Of a stretch of 12,970 bases of DNA, positions 1-8,337 are shown piece by piece. The DNA is from Octopus sinensis. Its lineage: Eukaryota. Numbering within the stretch: the stretch's first letter is position 1; each line of letters begins with the position of its first letter. The notes beneath the pieces were generated by a model, which saw only the letters and a program-made list of their open reading frames with translations, was not told the DNA's origin and made no database searches. Both the position numbers and the translations under genes were made by a program. The stretch covers positions 1 to 12,970 of the forward strand of contig NW_021826410.1 of the NCBI RefSeq assembly GCF_006345805.1, given 5' to 3'.

Positions 1-45
1 GGTTCGTAAGCAAGCTACTTACCACACAGCCACTCCTGCGCCTAT
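1..45 (-). mobile_element. 5' tRNA-derived head of the dominant SINE family (called 'OK-type' here as a working label); continues past the left window edge
   Basis: Reverse complement ATAGGCGCAGGAGTGGCTGTGTGGTAAGTAGCTTGCTTACGAACC matches the heads at 1881+, 6816+ and 8277-. Confidence 0.85.
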
Positions 46-57
46 ATATAATATATA

Positions 58-88
<31 letters not shown>

Positions 89-109
89 TGTATATATATA
101 TATGTATAT

Positions 110-140
<31 letters not shown>

Positions 141-143
141 TAT
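45..143. repeat. (TA)n microsatellite with TATG interruptions
   Basis: Read directly from the sequence. Confidence 0.95.
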
Positions 144-268
144 AAGAGTAAATAATTTCTTCTTCGAAGGTTTTTCAAAAAACCAGCAATTATTTACTGG
201 TTGATAATTCGGTATGTAAATATAGTCATTAGTGGCAGGAACTTTTGTGAAGTTCAGAAATAAAACCA

Positions 269-302
<34 letters not shown>

Positions 303-304
303 TA
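269..304. repeat. (AT)n microsatellite
   Basis: Read directly from the sequence. Confidence 0.95.
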
Positions 305-601
305 GAAGCACCTGGCGTGAGGAAAGGAATTGCCAGGTACATACCATCGCTCATACCACCTTGACATCGGCTTCTCCCTTCAGTGGCTTCTCCAACGACA
401 GCGTCACCAACCCCCAGTAATATATATCGCCAGAACAGTAACCAGCATACGAAGACACACGCGCAAATACAAACATATGGAAACACACGCACAAGTACTC
501 CCATACAACCAATAATATACAATCACATCCACGCATTCACATTCCTCGTATATGCATATTCGTGCGGGTATACACACTCACACACGCACGTACGCATATA
601 T

Positions 602-889
602 GTTGAGACCCCCTTCGGTCATGACTGACCATGGGATTGCAACTAGAAACCTACCCTCCCAGGCACAAGCCTGGGCAAGGTTGTTTATGGAAGACCAGCA
701 TTCGGCCATTCATACCATCCTCCCCTCTCCACGCCACTAAGGGAAAGGCAAAGGGGCCGATACAGTTTTGAGCAACGGGAAATAAACTGTCTTGCTCAAG
801 AACACAACACGCAACCCGGTCTGGGATTCGAACTCATAACCTCACGATCGCAAGCTCGATGCTCTAAATTCTGAGCCATGCACCTTCAC
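602..889 (-). mobile_element. tRNA-derived SINE (second family), internally deleted
   Basis: Minus strand starts GTGAAGGTGCATGGCTCAGAATTTAGAGC (A-box-like), has GAGTTCGAATCCC (B box, + 823-835) and then GTGTTCTTGAGCAAGACAG. Its 5' ~120 nt are homologous to the SINE at 10430-10760. Confidence 0.85.
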
Positions 890-891
890 AC

Positions 892-939
892 ACCAATTCA
901 AGTGACTTGTTAAAAATCGCCAGGGCATATATGATATAT

Positions 940-978
<39 letters not shown>

Positions 979-1072
979 TATGTGTGTGTGCGTGTGCATT
1001 AGTGTGAGTGTGTGCACATGTATATATACAGAGAAACACACACGTATATAAAATATACATAAATACATGCAT

Positions 1073-1075
<3 letters not shown>
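892..1075 (+). repeat. Diverged local direct duplication, copy A (partner 1623-1785)
   Basis: ACCAATTCAAGTGACTTGTTAAAAATCGCCAGGGCATATATG vs ACCAATTAAGTGACGCGTAAAAAAACCACCAGCGCATATATA; second block CAGAGAAACACACACGTATATAAAATATACATAAATACAT vs CAGAGCAACACATACGTATATACAATATACATAAATACAT. Confidence 0.85.
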
Positions 1076-1162
<87 letters not shown>

Positions 1163-1190
1163 TGATAGATAAACAGATAGATAGATAGAT
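1072..1190. repeat. (GATA)n microsatellite
   Basis: Read directly from the sequence. Confidence 0.97.
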
Positions 1191-1244
1191 GAATTGATAT
1201 CGATAGATAATTTAATTGTTTGATAAACAAACAGAACAACCGAC

Positions 1245-1251
<7 letters not shown>

Positions 1252-1291
<40 letters not shown>
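1252..1291. repeat. (TA)n microsatellite
   Basis: Read directly from the sequence. Confidence 0.95.
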
Positions 1292-1295
<4 letters not shown>

Positions 1296-1622
1296 AACAT
1301 ATATATATGTGTAGATGATTTTGATTGATATTTCTAGTTTCGCTTAACGGCATGTTCAGCCAGTCTGTCTCAGCAATTTGTCGAGAACCAGTCAAATTTA
1401 TAGACTATTGAAGTTGATCTCAGCAATGAATTTATCATTACTGTCAATAAAGAGACACACATATGCACGTATTCGTGTGTTTATATATCATTATTAGACA
1501 TAACAAATTTCGTAAATATAACGATAATATTTATTCATGCAAGAGTTTAGCAAAGTGTTTTATGAGCTAGAACAATAGAATTCTTCAGTTGCAGATACAT
1601 AATGCAATAATATTTAATTTAA

Positions 1623-1773
1623 ACCAATTAAGTGACGCGTAAAAAAACCACCAGCGCATATATAATGTATGTCTGTGTGCATGTGTGTGTGGGTGAGTTT
1701 ATGTACGTGCGTGTCTGTGTGTGTGTACATGTAAAAATGCAGAGCAACACATACGTATATACAATATACATAA

Positions 1774-1785
<12 letters not shown>
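1623..1785 (+). repeat. Diverged local direct duplication, copy B (partner 892-1075)
   Basis: Same alignment as for copy A. Confidence 0.85.
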
Positions 1786-1848
<63 letters not shown>

Positions 1849-1875
1849 TATCGATATATATATATATCATATATA
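1778..1875. repeat. (TA)n microsatellite
   Basis: Read directly from the sequence. Confidence 0.95.
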
Positions 1876-1880
1876 CATAG

Positions 1881-2208
1881 TAGTCGCAGGAGTGGGTGTG
1901 TGGTAAGTAGCGTGCTTACCAACCACTTGGTTCCGGGTTCAGTCCCACTGCGGCCAAATATATCGATATACAAGTGTCTTCTACTATAGCCTCGTACCGA
2001 CCAAAAACTAAAACAAGCCCATAATATATATATACGTGTGTGTGTGTGTGTTTGTGTGTCTGTTTTTGTCCCCCCCCCAACCGATTGCAGAAACTTATCG
2101 CTTCAGCAAAACAGACCGATAGAATAGGTACTAGGCTTACAAAGAAGTCGACTAAAGGTGGTGCTCCAGCATGGCTGCAGTCAAATGACTGAAATAAATA
2201 AAAGAATA
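1881..2208 (+). mobile_element. OK-type tRNA-derived SINE, near full length with internal deletions and an internal (TA)/(TG) tract
   Basis: Head GCAGGAGTGGGTGTGTGGTAAG...CCGGGTTCAGTCCC, then CAAGTGTCTTCTACTATAGCC, body CAAAACAGACCGATAGAATAGGTACTAGGCTTACAAAGAA, tail GGTGGTGCTCCAGCATGGCTGCAGTCAAATGACTGAAA. Colinear with the reverse complement of 7855-8277. Confidence 0.9.
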
Positions 2209-2370
2209 TACCTGTATGTATGTTTGTATGTATCTATATATCAATCTGTATATATATGTATGTATATATAATAGCATATATAATATATATATTATAGATA
2301 TATAATATATATATTATATATATATATATATCTATATATAATATATATATATACATACATGCATACATAC
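2209..2370. repeat. Compound (TATG)/(TA)n low-complexity tract
   Basis: Read directly from the sequence. Confidence 0.9.
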
Positions 2371-2487
2371 AGAAAATATTAAGGATAAAACGATTTTAAT
2401 GATTTTACGAACTGGCCAGAGTGGAGATATAGTTTTTAGAGCCATTTGCCGTTTATTGCGAGCGTGTTGGTGGGGTTTATCCGTACC

Positions 2488-2553
2488 GGCGCGGCAGTTG
2501 CTGCGTGGTAAGAGATCTCGAGAATGGCCGCAGTCAAAGGAGTGAAAGGAATA
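2488..2553 (+). mobile_element. Minimal OK-type SINE remnant: head joined almost directly to tail
   Basis: GGCGCGGCAGTTGCTGCGTGGTAAG (head-like, 2488-2512), an 11-nt linker, then ATGGCCGCAGTCAAAGGAGTGAAAGGAATA (tail-like, 2524-2553). Confidence 0.55.
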
Positions 2554-2656
2554 TGCAATGGCGCCATAACTACGATCTCGGCCCTAGTATTCCGTTACAG
2601 CACCTACCTGGCGTACTTAATCGGTTAGATCTTCAGTTAACTAAACCCCATACTTT

Positions 2657-2968
2657 GTATATGTTTGCATGTTTGTATGTATGTATATGTATGTATATAT
2701 ATTATGTATGTATGTATGTATGTATGTATGTATTCGTGTGTCTGTGTTTGTTGCCCCACCATCGCTTGACAACTGTTGTTGGTGTGTTCACGTCCCCGTA
2801 ACTTAGCCGCTCGGCAAAACAGACCGATAAAATAAATACTTGGCTTACAAAGAATAAGTCCTTGGGTCGATGTCTTCTAGAAAAGGCGGTGCTCCAGCAT
2901 GGCCACAGCACAACGTCTGACACAATTAAAAGAATAGAAGAATAAAAGAATAAAAGAATAAAAGAATA
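2657..2968 (+). mobile_element. 3' half of an OK-type SINE preceded by its (TATG)n tract and ending in an (AAAAGAAT)n tail
   Basis: GTCCCCGTAACTTAGCCGCTCGGCAAAACAGACCGATA...GGCTTACAAAGAATAAGTCC...GGCGGTGCTCCAGCATGGCC, followed by 8-nt tail repeats. Confidence 0.88.
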
Positions 2969-3305
2969 CACGAACACTCACACCAACAACCCAGTCTTAT
3001 ACACACAACATGCGTACATGGAGAGAAAGAGAGTGCATCAGAAAGAGAGAGAGAGTTGAGAGGAGGTTCTGGGGGAGAGTGATGCAAATTGCAATAATCC
3101 ATGTTTATATCATAACAATAGTTGAATTCTTTTGTATTTATAAACGTTAAATATGGCGACTTGCTTGTTCGGAGAAAAAATACGTGTGAAATGAATTCAA
3201 TAAATATAATCCGTTGTATTGCCTCCAGCATGGATAAGGCTAAATGGTATCGTTTTTATTGTTTACTTTGCTTCCTGAACACTTTAGCGAATATATCTCT
3301 GGTTT

Positions 3306-3415
3306 ATGTGTGTGTATGTGTGTGTGTCTGGGTGTTGTTGTGTGTGTGTGTGTGCATGTTTGTATGTGTGTGTGCACATGTATATATATATATATTATAT
3401 ATATATATATATATA
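3306..3415. repeat. (TG)n-(TA)n compound microsatellite
   Basis: Read directly from the sequence. Confidence 0.93.
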
Positions 3416-3424
3416 ATGAAACAC

Positions 3425-4568
3425 AAACATTTCAGTCCATAATGCAAGTCATATGCGATAAATCTGTTCCAGTAGGTAGGCCAACTTAAACAAAAACAGG
3501 ATCCCTAGGAAAAGGAAGATTCTTATGAGATGACGGACAAAGACTGCGAACCGCCTGAGCAAGCACCCCAAAAATAATAAGTTTCGCCTGGAGAGTGCGC
3601 TATTGGAGACCAAGAAACATCTATATCAATCTCACGAAAAGGAGAGAGCCGAGAAGGAAGCTTGGTTCATAGAAAATATCAAGTAGTACCCTGAAGTATT
3701 GTCTAACTTTGTCAAAGAAATACCCTCAATACGCCACAATATAGGATACCTCTTCCAAAAAAATGATTCCCTGACAGGAAACCTAATGGGGATAAGTGAA
3801 ATTCTAAACGAACAGTTCCAAAGTGTGTTCACTACACCTCTGGGACACAGGCAAGTGAACAAACCAGCAGAATTCTTTGCCACTTTAAGAGGCGAAAATT
3901 GATCACATCAACATTGAAGAATACGATGTAACACTAGCCATATATGAGTTTGACAGAAACTGAGCAGCTGATCCTGACGGATTCCTAGTGGTCCTTCTCA
4001 ATCGTACAAACGAACCCTTGCAAAACCGCTGCAGTTTCTTTTTCAAAGCTTTCTTGCAAGCGGTAAGCTCCCAGAAAAACTGAAGGATGTTATAAAATAG
4101 CCCCATCCATAAGAGAGAAAGCAGACAGATGCTAAAAATTATTGGCCTATCTCTCTGACATCACACATCAGCTAAGTCATGGAACGAATATTCTCCAAGA
4201 AACTAATCACCTTCCTTGAAGAAAGTGACTTGCTGACTGTCATTCAGCATGAATCTCGACCAGGTAGAAGCTGCCCTGCCTAACACTGCTCTGGCAACAC
4301 TACGACTGGGTGTTAAAGTAACTGCAAAATGATTCAAGTGTAGTTGTGATATATCTCGACTTCGCAAAAGCCTTTGATAAAGTATGGTATGATATGTCAC
4401 GATCTGCATGGTCTCAGCATAATCGGAAAACTTGGAAAGTGGCTGCACAACTTTTTTAAGGATAGACATCAAATAGCAAGTGTTGTTCCACAGGGCACTG
4501 TCTTAGGGCCACTGATATTCATAATTGCCCTCTCAGACATGCCCTCAGCTGCTCAGATAGCCACAGGC
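3425..4568 (+). pseudogene. Decayed CR1/L2-group LINE ORF2 fragment (endonuclease-RT linker plus N-terminal RT), with multiple stops and frameshifts, ending before YADD
   Basis: Motifs across frames: EILNEQFQSVFT; A(D)PDGF (GPDG-like); KNYWPISLTSHI(S)KVMERI; QHESRPGRSC (QHGFR-like); VIYLDFAKAFDKV; VPQGTVLGPLIF. Confidence 0.92.
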
Positions 4569-4779
4569 TTTACGCTTAACGTTTTTGACAAAATTTTGTA
4601 TTTTAAAAGTTATTCCGTTAGAAGTTAGAGTGACAATGGACAAATTCGTGTTTGATAAGTGCCAATACACGAAACACTCAGCTTTTGACCTACTCTCTAA
4701 CTTCTGCCGATGATATATATACATATTACATATATGTGTAAAAAGATCTCATCACGGAATAGAACCAATGAAAGAGCCT

Positions 4780-4955
4780 CTATCTGGTCGCTCGACACGC
4801 TAAAAATAGCAGCCAAAGTATCCCCTACCTAAATTACACAACCATTGTATGTAATGTCCTAGATTATCCCTAAAAAGACGGCTTGCTGAATGCTGGAATG
4901 TCTTTGATTATACGTTTGTAGTATCAGGGTTTATTTGAGGCTAAGTAACAACATT
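4780..4955 (+). mobile_element. Old SINE-like remnant (further family)
   Basis: CTGGTCGCTCGACACGCTAAAAATAGCAGCCAAA ... GCTGGAATGTCTTTGAT ... TCAGGGTTTATTTGAGGCTAAGTAACAACA. The core 19-mer recurs inverted at 8897-8915 (18/19). Family assignment is from memory of cephalopod repeats only. Confidence 0.45.
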
Positions 4956-5429
4956 ATGGTCAGAGATTTTTTGCGTGGAATCAAGTACCCTGACCTCCTA
5001 ATATGCAGCAAATCCCATATTTTGGTTCGGACATGAGGTGGGAAGCGTCCCGCCAATGACAGAATCATTGTTTTTTTTTCGTTCAATAAATTCCTGTGAC
5101 ATCCTAATATTGCAAAATTAGGTTACTTAATGTAAGCCTGATAACTGATGGTTCTGGAGGTCTTGTTTGTAACTTTTGTTGAGTCATGGTGCAACCAACA
5201 ACATGGTAAAAATCCCTGCTATTAATTTGGTGTGGATGGGTAATATAAAATAATTTAATCACAACATATGTTTAACTTAAACGCGAAACAAAATTTGAAA
5301 TATTATCATCACTTACATGGATAAAATTGAATTATCTTTCAGTAGTTTATGAGGTAAAATCTTAAATTATTAATTGACACTTTATTAGTTATCATATAAC
5401 ACAGCAATGCCTGGAAAAATCATGGATAA

Positions 5430-5898
5430 CATGGAAAAATGCGAGCATGAAAAGTTATATTCTTAAGATTATAAAGCTGGAAAAGTAGAGGACAAGTTAT
5501 AACACCTGTAAAAGTATAGGACAAGTTGTCACTTCTAGTAAAGTAAAGAATAAGAAACATTTTACTTAAAATATTGCAGCTAAAATTAAAATTTGAATAT
5601 CAAAACTTATTTTATTATAGTCTACAAATAGCACTATACTTATTTAAGTAGAAATTGGCAATATTTACTACATTAAATACAGAAAAAGTGACTAATTAGT
5701 CAAACTTACAAATTAGCTGTACAGTTTTGTACAATAAATTTAAAAGATGAGAACTGTAAAGAGTGATAAATTAGAAGAAATGGCATTCGTTACTTTACTA
5801 GAAGTAATAGCTTCTCGAATACTTTTACATAACTTGTTCTCTACTTTTCCATGTTTATAATCTTAAAAATATGGCTTTTCATGCTCACAGTTTCTATG
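5430..5898. repeat. Long imperfect inverted repeat (arms ~5430-5551 and ~5785-5898, spacer ~230 bp); possible fold-back or MITE-like DNA element
   Basis: 5443-5500 vs revcomp 5829-5886 = 52/58; 5508-5551 vs revcomp 5785-5828 = 37/44; 7-nt indel between the blocks. Confidence 0.85.

Positions 5899-5899
<1 letters not shown>

Positions 5900-5952
<53 letters not shown>
5900..5952. repeat. (AT)n microsatellite
   Basis: Read directly from the sequence. Confidence 0.97.
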
Positions 5953-5956
<4 letters not shown>

Positions 5957-6105
5957 AATAAATATTAGGGAATAAATCCAAATTTACAGGGAAAAAATCA
6001 GATTTAGGATTAAATCCAATTTTATAGTAAAATATTATAAAATATTATTAGAGACAAAACCACTATTTTGCAAAATAGTGGTTTTGTCTCTAATAATATT
6101 TTATA
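5953..6105. repeat. AT-rich repeat fragment embedded in (TA)n and ending in a perfect 70-bp palindrome (6036-6105)
   Basis: TATAAAATATTATTAGAGACAAAACCACTATTTTG|CAAAATAGTGGTTTTGTCTCTAATAATATTTTATA: 35-bp arms with no spacer. TA tracts lie on both sides. Confidence 0.85.
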
Positions 6106-6272
6106 TATATGTATATATATATACACTAAGATATTTACATTACACATACACGCAGATGTAAATGTTTATATAGATACATTTACATACACGCATATACATA
6201 CATATACATATATATACATATATATATTCATATATGGATAATATACATGTGTATGTGTGTGTGTGTGCTTGT
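6103..6272. repeat. Compound (TA)/(TACA)/(TG) low-complexity region
   Basis: Read directly from the sequence. Confidence 0.8.
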
Positions 6273-6550
6273 GCGTGAATAATTGTATGAGTATTTTTAA
6301 CACGCTCGTCTTCATTGGGATGTCTATGATATTCGCCGCCGGACATTATTTTCGCAAAAAATTTCTCTCTAATATTTTTGGCACAGAAAAGAACATTGAC
6401 CCGAACTTTGACTTGTGGTGCACACTATCACACTGATACACATGCATAACCACCGACAAACACACACAAGGAAGTACACACAGACTCACATACACACATA
6501 TAACGCACACACACGCACACATACACACACGGAAGCACACACAATAAATA

Positions 6551-6560
6551 AATATATATA

Positions 6561-6601
<41 letters not shown>
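6551..6601. repeat. (TA)n microsatellite
   Basis: Read directly from the sequence. Confidence 0.95.
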
Positions 6602-6602
<1 letters not shown>

Positions 6603-6815
6603 TATTGAATAGTTGTATACGTATGCATATTTCTACATAGAAATTGAAAATGAAATTTAAAATTACTAATATAATAGATATTATAGAAACAATAAATCTA
6701 TTCTAGATATAATTTTTAAAATATTTTGGTGATTGTAAACATAATTCTTATGGCGTTGCAGGTGTTTTCTCATGAGATTTACGAGACATGTCAGATATTT
6801 AAATAAACTGCTTTC

Positions 6816-6855
6816 ATAGGCGCGGGAGTGGCTGCGTGGTAAGTAGCTCGCTTAC
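6816..6855 (+). mobile_element. 3'-truncated OK-type SINE head
   Basis: ATAGGCGCGGGAGTGGCTGCGTGGTAAGTAGCTCGCTTAC matches the other heads. Homology stops abruptly before the B box. Confidence 0.88.
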
Positions 6856-7660
6856 TACTAAGTTGTGGACGCATTTTTTCTGCGCTGAGAAAGTAACGTC
6901 GTTCGACGTTGAAATTGAACATTTAAAGTACGACCACAGGTAAAGCATTTGTTTTTTGGGAGCATAGTGAAATCCGTTGTCCGTATGGTTATTATTTTTT
7001 CGAACAGGGGTCTCCACTGTGTTCCAGACATTTGTTTGCTAGTGGTCGTACTAAAAGATTCACATTTTAGTAAGAATTGTGTGTATTTTCGGGAGGCGTG
7101 TCCGACCGAAAATTTTCTTGAATTTTCTATGACTGTTTTTGTGCCTTTCAAGTGGATTTTTACCATAAAGGATAGGGGTACAGTCGGAATTTGTGCTGCG
7201 AAGGACCACCAATTTAGATTACCAGTAGCAGAAATGTGTTGTGCTGTGTTGCCATTTTGGACTATCTTCCTTCGCTCTCTCTTCTCTTGACTGTCTTTCT
7301 GATCTTTTTTGAGTTTTCATAGACTTTCATTTGAACATTTTGATTTTTGTTTCTAGATTTTTTCTTGTTTTGGCTGTCAACATGGAAACAGTGAAATCCG
7401 CTTTGAAGTGGCAAATTCTGGCCCCCAAAGAATGGGTGAAAAATTATACGGAGAGAACGTAGAATTAAGGACCTATTCCAGGGTCGTTGACACCATCAAG
7501 GTCTTCTCTGAAGAAGAAATTGAGGAGGAGTTGGCAGACTATCTGCCAACTATTAAGTCTATCCGCAGGAGTGCGAAGTATGGAACTGTGTGTGTACTTT
7601 TTAACACCCCTGCGGAAGCTTTATTAAAAAGCAGCAAAAATATCACAAAATCTGGTACTC
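6856..7660 (+). mobile_element. Probable 5' end of an L1/Tx1-like non-LTR retrotransposon (~525-bp 5'UTR plus ORF1 start)
   Basis: Non-repetitive leader, then a pyrimidine-rich stretch, then CAACATGG at 7382 and an ORF1-like peptide. Clade assignment rests on remembered similarity and is unverified. Confidence 0.5.
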
Positions 7661-7767
7661 AGAGCTTCACGTTCTCGCTCGTCGGACATTCTAAACAAAG
7701 CTGTCCGACAAACGGAGGGCATGAAACTTTGGGTAACAGATTTTGTGATATCTTTGCTGCTTTTTAA
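7382..7767 (+). pseudogene. Frameshifted ORF1-like N-terminus (RRM-like)
   Basis: ATG 7382 (METVKSAL) is 1 nt out of frame with the open frame VANSGPQRMGEKLYGENVELRTYSRVVDTIKVFSEEEIEEELADYLPTIKSIRRSAKYGTVCVLFNTPAEAL. Restoring one G near 7405 fuses them. The strand-helix-strand-strand-helix pattern is RRM-like. Sequence after ~7660 looks unrelated. Confidence 0.5.
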
Positions 7768-7854
7768 TAAAGCATATTACTCTACCTCTGGTATTCGAGT
7801 ATTATTTTCACCTTGTTCCGTATCTATGTTCTTACTCTTGTGTATATACATATA

Positions 7855-8275
7855 TTACTCTTTTACTCTTTTACTTGTTTCAGTCATTTGACTGCGGCCA
7901 TGCTGGGGCACCACCTTTAGTCGAGCAAATCGACCCCGGGACTTATTCTTTGTAAGCCCAGTACTAATTCTATCGGTCTCTTTTGCCGAACCGCTAAATG
8001 ACGGGGACGTAAACACACCAGCATTGGTTGTCAAGCAATGCTAGAGGGACAAACACAGACACACAAACATATACACACACATACATACATATATATATAT
8101 ATACATATATACGACAGGCTTCTTTCAGTTTCCGTCTTCCAAATCCACTCACAAGGCATTGGCCGGCCCGAGGCTATAGCAGAAGACACTTGCTCAAGAT
8201 GCCACGCAGTGGGACTGAACCCGGAACCATGTGGCTGGTTAGCAAGCTACTTACCACACAGCCACTCCTGTTCCT

Positions 8276-8277
<2 letters not shown>
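7855..8277 (-). mobile_element. Full-length OK-type tRNA-derived SINE with internal microsatellite and (AAAAGAGT)n tail
   Basis: Minus strand: head CAGGAGTGGCTGTGTGGTAAG...CCGGGTTCAGTCCC, CTTGAGCAAGTGTCTTC, GACGGAAACTGAAAGAAGCC, (TA/TG)n, body, tail GGTGGTGCCCCAGCATGGCCGCAGTCAAATGACTGAAACAAGTAAAAGAGTAAAAGAGTAA. Confidence 0.93.
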
Positions 8278-8316
<39 letters not shown>

Positions 8317-8337
8317 TATATATATATATATATATAT
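8278..8337. repeat. (TA)n microsatellite between two divergent SINE heads
   Basis: Read directly from the sequence. Confidence 0.95.

Noticed and set aside
305-420. Higher-GC stretch with a possible minus-strand donor (GATG|GTATGT) and a 7-bp stem ACCTGGC/GCCAGGT
   Set aside because: No convincing acceptor or polypyrimidine tract and no recognisable protein in any frame. A small exon cannot be excluded without RNA-seq.
2930-2968. Regular short repeats as a CRISPR-like array
   Set aside because: This is an 8-nt tandem SINE tail without unique spacers, in a eukaryotic context with no cas genes.
3222-3245. CTCCAGCATGG resembling the SINE tail
   Set aside because: Only an 11-nt match with no colinear flanking homology.
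5040-5065. CCGCCAATGAC as a CCAAT-box promoter
   Set aside because: An isolated motif with no gene, TSS or CpG-island support.
6460-6545. GGAAG(T/C)ACACACA repeated ~61 bp apart
   Set aside because: It is embedded in CA-rich low-complexity sequence and is most simply slippage.
6655-6722. Weak ~30-bp inverted similarity in AT-rich DNA
   Set aside because: It needs several gaps in near-pure AT sequence, so it is likely chance.
6858-7290. ORFs 6858-7166 (-) and 6949-7290 (+)
   Set aside because: No recognisable motifs; they overlap the presumed retroelement 5'UTR.
7681-7709. 8-bp stem GTCGGACA/TGTCCGAC followed by AAAC, considered as hammerhead ribozyme stem II
   Set aside because: The CTGANGA and GAAA core motifs are absent on both strands.
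7357-7767. Host exon reading (acceptor TTTTGTTTCTAG at 7356 and an open frame)
   Set aside because: The ATG plus 1-nt frameshift repair gives a more coherent retroelement ORF1-like start, and no donor site is supported. Kept only as an alternative.
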